This document shows, piece by piece, positions 51,043 through 64,000 of a stretch of 64,000 bases of DNA; within the stretch, counting starts at the first letter, position 1, and each line of letters starts with the position of its first letter. A model generated the notes under the pieces. That model had not been told where the DNA came from, ran no database searches, and was given only the letters and a program-made list of their open reading frames with translations. Origin of the DNA: Octopus vulgaris (taxonomy: Eukaryota). Location: assembly GCA_951406725.2 (NCBI GenBank), contig OX597817.1, forward strand, positions 82,894,001 through 82,958,000, read 5' to 3'. A program made the position numbers and the translations under genes.

Positions 51043-54000
51043 CCACAATCCATTTGTTGTTACTGTATGTACATACATATTGAAATATGAATTAGAAGTA
51101 GCTCGAAGTATATAAGTAAAATCGAACACACATACACAAGGTAAGTACGTTGTTAGTTCGTCGGGTGGGTGGGATTATTTTTGGCATAAGAGAATATATT
51201 TTCAATGCTCATGGTGTAAAATACCTGAAAGTAAGTCATAGACAAGCGTGGTAACTCACATCAAATCCCTTTTTTTCGGAGTGACAGGCATCAATAGCTT
51301 GTTTCAAGCTTTCTCACCGGCTATGGCTATATGCTAAATGGTTTAAGAACAGTCTGCTGGCATGGTGCCCCAACGTTTAATACCACGGTGATTTACACAA
51401 GAAGCATTGAGAATATATTATGTTACGCCTAAAAAACGCAACCGCCCGACAAACTAGTAACACACACCATGTGCACGTGGGATTTGAATTACTTCCGTGA
51501 CATGAAATGTTGGGATATGTCAGCAAATGTTTCATAAACAATTTAGCATATATCCATAGTCTCTGATATAGCTTATAACAAACCCAGTTCGGTATGGGAG
51601 ATAGATAACTCAAAATAATGACGAAACACCGATATCTATCTTGATGTAAAATGTCTCGCTTGTTTATGAGATACTTTCATGTGTTTTACACAAGGGGCTT
51701 TGAGAATATACTCTCTTACACTTAAAAAAACGCAGCCGCTCGACGAACTAACATCACATACACCTTGTATATGTGTGTTCGAATTTGTTTATATACATAC
51801 ATATGTATGTATATATGCATGTATGTATGTAGGTATAAACACGGACACCCACTAACATGTAAATATGAAATCCAAGGCTTCACAAGTATATACACAACAT
51901 TGAAGCACAGCTAAAAAACATGTTGCTAAGATGCAAATTTTTAATGACATGGCCATGCTGACGTTTGTGTTATGATACGAAATACTTCATCATGTACACT
52001 TCACGACAACCAACACAAACATTCTTTTAATGAATATAGAAATAAGAAGATACAGTATACAACCAATCATTAAAAAAGTCCAAAGTTATTTTTATGCTCA
52101 TCCACTTCTTTGAAATAGATAAAAAATTACATTAACATTTGCCTTTCAAAATATGTTATTGAAACAGCAGTTAAGATATCTACATGTTGTCATTATGATA
52201 ACGTTAAGCAATTTAATTGATGTGAGACATTGAATAACGATGTGACCATCTGTCATTGAAGTTTCCCCTATATCCAGTGTATATCAACATTAAAAATACC
52301 TCAAAGAAGCGTGATCACAGTAACATAGTATTATTACATGATCATATCAACTGTACTGCAAAATATCAGCCACTTTAAAAAGCAATAATATTTCTTAAGT
52401 CTATTTAGAAAATAAAAAGAGATAAAAAAAGCATCTACAATGACCTAAATATCAGTAACATGCCATTTCCTCGATGCTAAAACAATTTGAAAAAATTTCA
52501 CAATAATTTTAAATGGAAAAGTATAATTGCAAGAAAATATTTTATATATTTATTATCTTATTAACAAGCAGTTTTGGTCGTTGCTAAAATATTTTTAAGA
52601 ATTTTAACAATTCTTTTAAATGGAAAAGTATGATACTAAAATAATAATTTACATTTATAGTTTTTAGGACACTACTTTTTTATTTTCTCCTCATAATTCA
52701 CGAATTTAGTTGATTTAAGATATACAAGTTTTAAAAGCCATTCCATCAATTTCGAAGTTTATTTTGTGGGAAATGTAAAAATTAATCGTATTGCGAAGTG
52801 TTATATTATCAGATTCTGCAAAAGAAAGACATGTTAGAAATGTCGTGAGGGTAAATGATGTTATAAGAGTGTTACAAGTCATACAAAAGCTTAAAAGATA
52901 ATCTTATACACTAGTGTTGCTAAGGAAACATAGTGTTTCTCTTCAATATCATTCAACAGTATTTTAAGAGAACACTTTACCAATCAAAAGTAATCTGTAT
53001 AGAAATAGAGCTTAGAACTAAATAGGTTGCAACTTTCTTTTAGAGACATTCTGCTATGATTTATGTAAATAAAATTTACGTGTGAAAATTTGGAGAATAT
53101 TTTTACAAATATAAAATGCAACTCATGTGGCACTTGTATATTCATATATGGATAATTATATTCACACGCGCATATATATGTATATATACATGCATATATG
53201 CATATATACACATACGCACACAATATATATATAAGAAACACATTTCTAGTTGAATATTACGAACCTTCCTCAATGTTACTGTTAATAAAAAAAAAGCGGA
53301 TCAGAGTGATAATCGCAGACTATATATATACACTCAAACATTTACGTAGAATTCTGTGTGGTCAAGTAAGGTAACAGATGGGTGACTGTCATTATAATGA
53401 GTATCATTATAATAGGCCACACATGAAGCGAAGCGATCTATTCTACCACCTGGCAAGAAGCATAACCCCAAAAGCATAGTAAAAAAGCCAATGGTAAGAA
53501 AGATTAAGATAATCGGAGACTCTAGTCGGTGGCCAAACGCTCTATAAGTAACACTGAAGATCAACAGAACCTTCCTCAGGTTTAGTGGAACTTTTCAGCG
53601 TAAAGCCGTATTGTCCTACTACAAATGTATGTTAAGTTCAGAAATAGTTTAACAGTAATTGCCTTGACCCAAGCCAGAAGGCAAATTTGCAGTCAAAATT
53701 TAAATTTGGCAATGTCTCTAGATCGCCCCTTGCTTTTATGTAAATGTAATTAAACTATAAGAAGAAACCAGTTTGAACAGGGATCACAAAAATTATCTGC
53801 GTAAAGGTTTTTCAAAGTGCGTGCAACATGTGGAAGAAAATAATTTAGCTGAATCTACTTTTTGCATAACAAACACAAAAATTCATAAATATATCCATTT
53901 TTTTTTTATTTTGTAAGATTACAGAAAATTTTAAAATGTTAAAATTAGAATCGTTTTGGCTACAATGAACAAGCATTGTACAGTAAAAATGATCTCCACC

Positions 54001-54556
54001 TAATAAAAGCCGATAAAGTTTTGACCAGCATACGTATGGAATGCACTGTTCCATGATGGTAACGAAAGAAAAGTAAACATTAAAAATAATAGCAACCTGG
54101 AGATACTAGTAACATTTGCCTAATTTTTCGATCACCATAAACATTGCCAGGTAAAATTTATGTTGCAACTTGTACACGATTTCAACAAACAAAATCAGTT
54201 TGTTGTATTTCGATTGGATATTCACTTCAATCAAATTCCATTATTGATTGTCTTAGAACAAGAGATAAACACAAATCAAAACATTTTATATCACATCCGT
54301 TGATAACATCCCTACAAAAACATTAACAACACCATTTTCACTGTTTCAGGCTGTGCTTAATTTTTTGATAATGTTTTCTAACAAAAGAAACCAAGAGTTA
54401 AGCACAGGCCAGTTTCATATGATATAGATTCGTTGACCAACTGATTCATGTTGTATAGGGTTTAGTAGCCTTATGGTGGTCCCGTGTCCACAATACTGAT
54501 TTATAGATTGATCCTTCTGGCTCGATATTAATAATTGCTGTAAGAAATGTAGATAC

Positions 54557-54966
54557 AGGCGTAGGAGTGGTTGTGTGGTAAATAGTTGGCTTACCAACCA
54601 CATGGTTCCGGGTTCAGTCCCACTGCGTGGCACCTTGGGCAAGTGTCTTCTAATATAGCCTCGGGCCGACCGAAACCTTGTGAGTGGATTTGGTAGACAG
54701 AAACTGAAAGAAGCCCGTCGTATATATGTATATATATATATGTATGTGTATATATGTTTGTATGTCTGTGTTTGCCCTCCAACATCGCTTGAAAACCGAT
54801 GCTGGCGTGCTTACTTACCCGTAACTTAGCGGTTCGGCACAAGTGACCGATAGAATAAGTACTAGGCTTACAAAGAATAAGTCCTGGGGTCGATTTGCTC
54901 GACTAAAAGCGGTGCTCCAGCATGGCCGCAGTCAAATGACTGAAACAAGTAAAAGACTAAAAGAGT
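54557..54966 (+). mobile_element. SINE family A, full length
   Basis: aggcgtaggagtggttgtgtgg...gggttcagtccc...caccttgggcaagtg...gaaacaagtaaaagactaaaagag. Confidence 0.93.
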
Positions 54967-55734
54967 ATATATTTTAGAAGCAGAGACGACTGTATAATTG
55001 GTAACAGATATTTATGAGTTCGAAAACTTATCTTATGTTCAGTACAAAGCACAGCTATGGTTTCTGCTAGAATAATTATCCTAAGTACATTGCATAAAGA
55101 CCGCATCTCATGCAATCTCATGGATTATATTATAACAATGTTCAATTTATGATGTTGTCTAGGTTCCTGTAGGCTTGATTGTTCAAACATATCACAAACA
55201 TGAATCATTTATTCAGATTCAACTGTTAAGTTACACCCTACGATCATTTCAAGATGGTATGGTGTAACTTAAAGGAGATTTCAATGCTACTTGTAGTAAA
55301 TCGATTAATAGTGAACAAGCTGCTTCATAGCTTTCAAAAATATTCAGGTATATAGCACGTGTAACATTAACGTAAACAGCTATCTATAAATGCATTTATC
55401 ACATAAACAAAATTATATTAGACGGAAGAGAAGTTAAAAGTGGGCAAAGATCATGCATTGTGTTAATTTTGTAAGTTTGTATATTTTGTTTTAAGTACAC
55501 CTGAAAGACGTTTCAAACGTTCATAAGAACACAAATACTACAATTTAACTTCCTTTACGTAAAATAAAAGTAATTATATTAATTACGCTGTCTCTTATAA
55601 TAATGACTGATTCTATCACAACTGCGTGTAATAATTAGGATACAGAATAACTGATAAGTGTTAGGTTTTATTTTACGTATTAGTATACTTATCCATTTAT
55701 AAATACACACACACACACACATATGTATGTCTGC

Positions 55735-55769
<35 letters not shown>

Positions 55770-56374
55770 TGTGTGTGTATTTGTATATATATATATATGT
55801 ATATATATCTGCATGTTTATCACTGTGTGTGTATATGTATTTATATATATATTCACGTATACACAAACACATACACATAGGTATACGTACATATGATGTA
55901 GTGCCTCTCGTGTTTTATGTATGCATTTGCGAGTATGTTAATGATTCTGTGCCATTTTTAGTTCAGAGACTAATCTTCTTCGGTGATAAATATAATTCTT
56001 ACAATCGAGTTTGTCAGAGATAAAGAAGGTAATTCTCATTATTCTTGAAATTTGTGACTTAAAGGTAGAACTAATCTTTGCATAAAAATACCGTCTAATT
56101 GAAGTATGATAAACATATTTATCATACTTCCAAACAGGGGGTCGATAGATAAGGATAATAAGTGATATATATTCAAAAATATTTAAAATTTATGAAGCAG
56201 AAAATAGCAATGAAACTAAACCACTTATAATATCCATAGTTATATAAGTACACACATATACACATACTTTTCCTCATACATGTATACACATATTTATATA
56301 TATGTTTACTTACATATGCATATATATTGTTGTAAATGTATGTACATAAATAAAAATATAATAATGATATCAAA

Positions 56375-56388
56375 ACTACTACTACTTT

Positions 56389-56465
<77 letters not shown>
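56375..56465. repeat. (CTA)n microsatellite
   Basis: Trinucleotide run. Confidence 0.95.
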
Positions 56466-56539
56466 TCACGTGCAACTACTATTGAGAAAGAAGCTCCTTA
56501 ACTGCTACTATTGTTTCTATTAGCCATCACACTGCAACA

Positions 56540-56803
56540 ATGAGGTGAGCTGACAATTACTAGAGCATCAGAAAAACTGCTTTGCAGTATTTTTTCCTAC
56601 GTTTTATGTTAAGTAAGAAATCCCGCGGAAGTCAACTTTGTCTTTTATTCTTTTGGGGTCGATAAAGTAATGCACCAGTCAAATAGAGGAGCCGATCGCA
56701 TCGACTGATGCCCACACCTCAAATCAATGCACCCCTGATTAATGGTATTGTACGTTACCTATTTCTTTACTTCCCACAAGGGGCTAAACACAGAGGGGAC
56801 AAA
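56540..56803. mobile_element. Diverged SINE B copy (+) followed by a SINE B tail type 2 fragment (-)
   Basis: gaggtgagctgac...gtcaactttgtcttttattcttttggggtcgataaa, then cctatttctttacttcccacaaggggctaaacacagagg at 56758-56803. Confidence 0.65.
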
Positions 56804-57318
56804 CTCAAAACTACTTTATTAATGTAATTTATTAATGTAATAAATAGGTTAAATGCAGGTGCAGCTTTAAGGAAAAATTTGAAAAAATGAAATCAATGAA
56901 TGAAAATATATAGAAAATATATTATATTTCCTTACATTGGTGATTTACTCATCCTATAATATTTCGGGGAAAATTCCTCATTTCAAACCAAAGGAAGAAA
57001 GGGAAAAGACTAGCAGACTGACATTTCGGATAAATTTGACGTCAGCACGCCATTCTAGGGTGTTATTAATTCTATTAGATTGCGATAAGTGTTCCAGCTC
57101 TTAGTTCTGATTTCAGATACCATCGAGATTAACTTATTTCATCTTTATTCGATCAAAAACACTCGAAGTCATTTATAAAGAGTATGTGTTTTTCCTTGTG
57201 TCGTTCTTTCTCCTTCGTAATATGTCGGTTGTACTCAAGCCTGAATAAGGACGGGCATTGCAAGCCAAAAATGCCAGATACACACACACGCACACGCACA
57301 CACACACACACACACACT

Positions 57319-57368
<50 letters not shown>

Positions 57369-57529
57369 GATAAATGTACACATACATACACAAACACACA
57401 CGCGCACACACACACACACATACACACACACACATACACACACACATATATATGAAACACTGCTCAGAGACAGGTGGTCTGAATCGGTAAGAATTATAAC
57501 ATTTGAAAAACTAACTCAAACAATAAACT

Positions 57530-57722
57530 AATATTGGTTTAAAATTTTGGCCCAAGGCCAACAGTTTTGAAGAGGGGGAAAGTCAATTACATCGATCTCA
57601 GTGCTCAACTGGTACTTACCTTATCGAACGCGAAAGGATGAAAGACAAAGTCGACCTCGGCGATATTTGGAACCAAACACAAAGAATGACAAAATGCCGG
57701 CGTGCTAACTATTCTACCAGCT
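57530..57722 (-). mobile_element. Diverged SINE family B
   Basis: cagtgctcaactggtactta...gaaaggatgaaagacaaagtcgacctcggcg...ctaccagct. Confidence 0.75.
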
Positions 57723-60700
57723 TAACACGCTAAAAACACTATAAGCTAATTTTATTGCAATAGATTGAATCCTCAACGTTTCGGTTAAAGATATTATCAG
57801 CAGGGCTAAGATGACAGAGGGAAAAGAAAATAAGTTCGCAATCTTTATATTAGAACCATTGGCAGAAACTGATACGATACGTCGTTTCACGTTTTCCATT
57901 AGAGTCGTTGTCAGTTGTTCTAATATAGAACCTGTAAAATGCATTATTTATTTCCTTGTCGTGTCATCAATGTTACAAATTTTATACATATACAGACATC
58001 TGCCAGAGAATATATGTCTAAAAGATAGTATACACTCACACACACATTCGTGTCTGTAGTATTACACCTTGATCTGAAACAAAAGCTTATATATATTAAT
58101 AAAAACATACATTCACACACTCGTTCGCACACACGAATTCATTTATGTGATGCGAACGTTAGCAATATTAAAAATTATTCAAAAATGTCTGTGTGAATAT
58201 TTTCCTGTACAATTTCGCCTGTATATTATTCTATAACTGATGCTTTTATATTTACAAGCAAATCTCATTATACCTAACAAGTCTGTGTTATCCACATCAC
58301 ATTATAAATCTTACTTTTCGTCGTGTAGAATTTCGTTTCCATGATATGGGGCTTACTCTAACAACAGCAGCAACCAATCTTTTCTTCCCTTTTAAATGAA
58401 GATATATTTTGGTAATATCAACTAGCTTAAGAAAACCATTCTTTCAGTTATATGAAGCTGGCAAAGAATTATTTGAACGAAAAACATCCAAACTTAAAGC
58501 ACTTCTCAGTATCTTCTGAATACGTTGTCGCATAAAAGGACTTTTATTACAAATCTCGTAAAGTCAGTGGGATTTCAAAGGTCATGTAGATGCAGCCAAA
58601 TCTGTCAGAGGAATGAGAGATAGAGAGTGAGAAAGAGCTAGAGAGAAAAGCAGAAACAGATGTAAGTAGTCTGAATATCTCATCGACGCCATCATCACTG
58701 CTACAACTAAAACTATTGTACATATACTGGTCTATACATCCCATCAGTTGGAGATCACCGTTGAAGCCACACAGCTTAGAGTAATTTTGAAATCAAAGTT
58801 TGACAAGTTTCCAAAATTTCTTAAGCAAAATTTTCCATTACATAATATTTTAATCTCTAAACTATAGGTTTCGACGAAGACAGGGAAGAGAAACGACTAA
58901 TTTACTCTTATCATAAAACTTGTCGATGATATTGATCATACTATGTAAAAATCTTTTTTTCTATTGACCAGACAGTACTAGTCTGTATGCAGCTGCTGTT
59001 AACTTATGGTTGCAACAAAAGTTTGTTTCTAAGTAACGCAATAACTCTTTGTAAATCTACGAGTTCAGCAACAGAATTAGAAAAAATGTATAACACAAAA
59101 AGAAATATTTAAATATTGTCACAATCTGTAACCAAATCAGAAGGGGCAATGCACGTTTAAATTAATTTTGCGTTAAATGTACGGTTATAATCCCTTCATG
59201 GGGGTAAACAAATTTGTTTTTTAAGGGATGGGGATCATTTGATACCATGGATTCTAGTACTGGAATTTTAGTGCCCACAGATGAATAAATTGCAAAATTG
59301 ACTTGTGTGATTTGAACTAAGAAATTAAAGAGCCAAAAGAAATTACTGCAAAGCATATTTACCGACTTTAACAACTCCGGTAATCATTTTGCCGTCAAAC
59401 AATCTCAAGTTATATGAGATATTACAGAACCGTACGCATCTATATCAATTAATAGTCATTAACCACAAATTTATACCCATCTCTATCACATCCTGTATAT
59501 GGAGGAAATGGAATAACCAACAAAACAGAGAAAATGCTACACTGGAGATTATAAATATTTTGTAATAAAATCTGGAATTTATTTGAGTGTGTTTAATCTG
59601 TCGGGAGAAAGTTCTTTGGCATTTATTGAATGTGTAACCAATCATCGGACTTCTATAAAATTTCATGTGATGCTTTAAATCAATACAGAAAAATATATTT
59701 CTGGAAATATCATAAATTGAGGCAATTCGCTGCACATTAAATAAATTTCACACTGAAACATAATAAACGATGCTGAGGTTGCATTTATGGTAATAGTCGG
59801 AGATCGAATTGGTCGATTTTCCAAGAAATTTGTTCAGAGGAAAGTATTTATTGGATAGAATATTTTCAAAAATCATTGTCTATTGTATTTATTCTCTAAA
59901 GGTTTCAGTAATAGGACAGACAAAGCAACCCATTTCTTCCTATTGGACTGTTTTTAATCTGTACCTCCCCACCACATATATATGCCTATATGAATATATA
60001 TTTATATATTCTATCTCTCTATTTATTATACTAGGATGTATGATTTCTTATTATTTCTTATGATACCAAACTATCGCTATTTTCTTCTCCTCTTACCCGC
60101 TATGTCTAACACCTAATGCGCCTTCGCTTGTACTCAGCCTCACTACCTACGGTTATCCCTACTTTGGCTGAACTCCACCTGTTACTCTTTTCCTTTCTGC
60201 GACTCTATTCTCACCCACTTCTCGTATACGCTCGCGTGCCACCACCTGCTCTACCTGTTTTTACTAAAACAACTATAAGACCTTATCCAAGCTCCTCCCG
60301 CCTTTCCTCTCTCGACCAATAGCATATTTTTCCTCTGTAATCAAAGAATCGTCTTTCATTCGATTTTCTCTACTACAATAAAACACGTGTGTTCCAACTA
60401 CACGTTTCCTCCACACCTACCACTCATCCATCCACCCCCACTGTACACCCCAACATATTGTTGTTAAGCTTCCCCTGACCTACCACTCTCTCCTTAGTAG
60501 TAACTGTCGTCTCATACCATTAACCAGAATAGTCACTGCATTCGGACACATACTGACTTCGAGCGATTTTTGAGCCGTCACAAACCGTATGCCTGTTTCC
60601 AAGACACCTCAACAATGTCCGACAATACTGGGAATGTTATTGACATCGGTAGATGTCAATCATACTAATCGTTTGGCGTATTACAATGCGATTAAGCATG

Positions 60701-62639
60701 GATTTGGTTAAATTATTAGTAGAAATTTAATATACAGTAGTACACGATATTCACTTATTAAAACGTTTAATATACTTTGTAGGATATTATGGTTTCATAA
60801 CGAAATACTGTGTGCTTCCAAGTCATTAACAAATAGGTCTATGTTTATCTATTTTTCTATCAATGCTTCTTTCGGCGATCTTGCCCACAACTTTCTATCA
60901 AATTGTTCCCATACGCATTCTTTGTGCCTAAAAGCGTGGAGCTTTCATGCCTTCGGGCTTTCAGTAACATATTTCAAAGATTTGATTACATATCTTCCTT
61001 TTCAAGCTTGTGATATTTCATATGTATGACATGGAGCTGTCTTCTTTCAAGAGACTTATTCTCCTGTCTCCTTCTGCATTTTAATAAATAGGTAATTGGC
61101 TCTTTTCAAGTATTCGACAGTATTTTGATATTTCCAACAACGATGCTCTCTGAGTTATCTATCGCTGAAATGGCTTCTCCTCATATAGTAACTATGTTTA
61201 GTTCCACCTTTCAAAAATCCTGATTCTCATGTTTGAATCTTGTTACGTCATTCATATATTTGCCTTGAAGTGGACAACTGACTGGCAGACTTTACTCTCG
61301 TCAGTCCAAATTTTTGACAACGAAATCTCATCTTCCTTGATATAGAACACTGTAGCCTATTCGAATAAATTCGGTCTTATTGACTCCTTTCTCGCATCTC
61401 TTCGATCTTATCGAAGGTTTTTTTTTATGCAGTTCATATGCAATACGCTGACATTTCCATTGAGTTTGCACCATCTCTTGTATTTTCAAGACGATGTTTA
61501 GTGCCTTCTGTCTTACCTGGCTTCTTTGTCTTTGAATCTTTGTTCATCTTCCCAGATCTCTTTTTCACTTGGCAATGTCCTTCTTTAATACAACTCATGA
61601 ATACGTTATTGATAATTACTACCGAAAAATTGAATTATTTTCAATAGAACATTCTAATTTAATACCAGACATCGATTTTCCGGAGTGTTAATTCATCGAT
61701 ATATTCTCTCGTTGATATTCGTTGTTATGTTTTACCAAATTAAACTTGCAATTAATTCAAAAATAGAACTGAAATCATATAAAATAAAATAAAACTGGAG
61801 AAGATATCAACAGGTGGTTAAAAACTATTCGTAGGCCATTCTAAATATATATAATTATAAATACATATATGTATGCGTGTATGTATGAATGTATATGTGC
61901 ATGTATGTATGTATGTATGTATGTATGTATGTATGTATGTATGTGTGTGTATGTATGTATGTATGTATGTATGTACGCATATGTATATATTTCAATGCAC
62001 AGGTATACGTATATATTGCATACATGAACACATAAACTCTTACACATATTGTTACGTTACGGAATTCTACGTGAGTTGCAGGACTATCTTTGGATTTTTC
62101 GATTTCATTTCAATATTTTCTTTTCTCTTTATGTTCGGACATTTAAATATTCATGTAAATTTAATCGAATTAATTAAATTTGTACGGTGTTAAAGTTTTA
62201 ATTAAAAAGTAGTACATTAATTTCTCTATTGTTCTACATGTATCCTGTTTTGTTTTTCTATACTCTCCGATTTACAATAGTATCATTAAAAGTAACAGTT
62301 GAAAAAATGTAGTCAGTTAACACGAAAAGACTTCAACTAAAAATTAGAACGAAGTAAAAACAATATAACAACAGGTTTTAATTCATGCCAAGATAGATTT
62401 ACAGGAATAACTACTTATAGCTATTTCAGTTTATTAGCCTCAGGTAAACTCGTCATTGACGAGACTATACTGTAATTTTTAATACCATGGATTGTAGCGT
62501 CTAATTTCTCCTCTTTGTCACTACAGTGAATTGAGGGAATTTGTGTATTATTTCTAGCATTTGAAACAACATGGAAGAGTACATGTTGGCTCATATTTTG
62601 CTCAAATCTATTATTCGATGCCTAGGAGTTTCATAGCCA

Positions 62640-62925
<286 letters not shown>

Positions 62926-63134
62926 TCAGGGACCTTTTGAGCGGGATGGGCTACTCGACCTGAGGAAAATTCTATAGGCCATGGTCGTGCACATATGGTT
63001 GCGATGGATGGCCTTATGTACCCTTATCAGAGGGTTAGTCATGGTGAGTATATTGGGCTTCGTATATTTGTACCCCAGTGTTACTTTGTTGACATGCATT
63101 GCTCTCTCACCCAATAATAATAATAATAATAATA

Positions 63135-64000
63135 GAAAGAAATATGCTAAGTTAGAGAGGAAGTATAGGGTAAAGAGTAAGAAACCCAATGTCGTGACTG
63201 AGGAATTAAAACAGTGGTTGAAAGCTAAAGCAAATGAACTAAAGAGGTATGAACAGAGAATTGAGCAATACAGATTAAACAGACTTTTGGAACAAAATCA
63301 GTAACGAGTCTATAAGGAACTGGATGGGAAAGAAATAGGTGCAAAGCCGTGCCGGATGCTGAAGAAAGCAAAAGATTCTGGTCAAACATATGATCTCAGG
63401 AGAATCAACACGAAACTGAAGCAGTGTGGTTAACGACATTCAAAGTGGGGATTGGAGAGTATTAATAGGAGGATTTCAGAATAACCGAGGAGATCAGTGC
63501 AGGAAAATTCGTAACTGGAAAGTGCCTGGCCCAAATGGGCTTCAAGGCTTTTGGCTTAAAAACTTGACAGCTCTGCACAGGAGAATTACGAGACAGATGG
63601 ACGAAATACTGAGTAGTGGCATCTAAGTACCGGTCTGGATGACAAAAGGAAGAACGGTACTATGCCAGAAGGACCCAAGTAAAGGGAATGCAGTTGAAAA
63701 TTTCCGACCAATATCTTGTTTGCCACTGATGTGGAAACTGATGATGGGCATCATATCAAACAGCATCTATAAGTACCTAAATGAGAATGACCTACTACCA
63801 GTAGAACAAAAAGGGTGTAGATGTAAGAGCAGATGAACGACGGATCAATTACTAATCAACAAGACTACCCTGGTTGACTGAGAGAAGAGACACAAAAATT
63901 TAGTGATGGCGTGGATGAACTACAGAAAAGTATATGATGTGGTCTCGTATGTTACTGAATGCCTTAAACTGCTTAAGGTCTCCCACAATATCCTGAAGTT
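63135..64000 (+). pseudogene. Dong/R4-type (RLE) LINE ORF fragment, decayed, runs off the window
   Basis: Translates as [47 protein letters not shown]...[18 protein letters not shown] and AWMNYRKVYD, with several stops and frameshifts. Confidence 0.9.

Overview
AT-rich, microsatellite-dense eukaryotic DNA with no recognisable intact host gene. It is intergenic or intronic, and the SINE families suggest a mollusc, probably Octopus (inference). The window is a mosaic of transposon remnants. These include a Helitron with a frameshifted PIF1 helicase and both termini, a non-autonomous Helitron, a GC-rich RTE LINE, CR1 and Dong/R4-type LINE fragments, a full-length decayed Chapaev3 element, hAT and mariner MITEs, three tRNA-derived SINE families, and a 5'-truncated Penelope-like element (Naiad-type RT thumb plus GIY-YIG) between ~427-bp inverted pseudo-LTRs. 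The main signal the ORF track misses is a set of type I hammerhead ribozyme motifs. Four look intact (506-582, 21529-21624, and the two pLTR copies at 35626-35718 and 38171-38263) and two are decayed (18151-18294, 50958-51042). They share a palindromic or near-palindromic helix III and a long helix II, and all but the 18.2 kb copy have a GUA cleavage triplet. Most lie in short non-coding units next to TA-rich microsatellites. One sits in a 479-bp terminally redundant unit that looks like a retrozyme (candidate circular RNA). Several exact local inversions or duplications of 115-150 bp could be template-switch products or assembly artefacts. Almost all other ORFs in the track are microsatellite translations. 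All coordinates were read by eye and may be off by a few bases.
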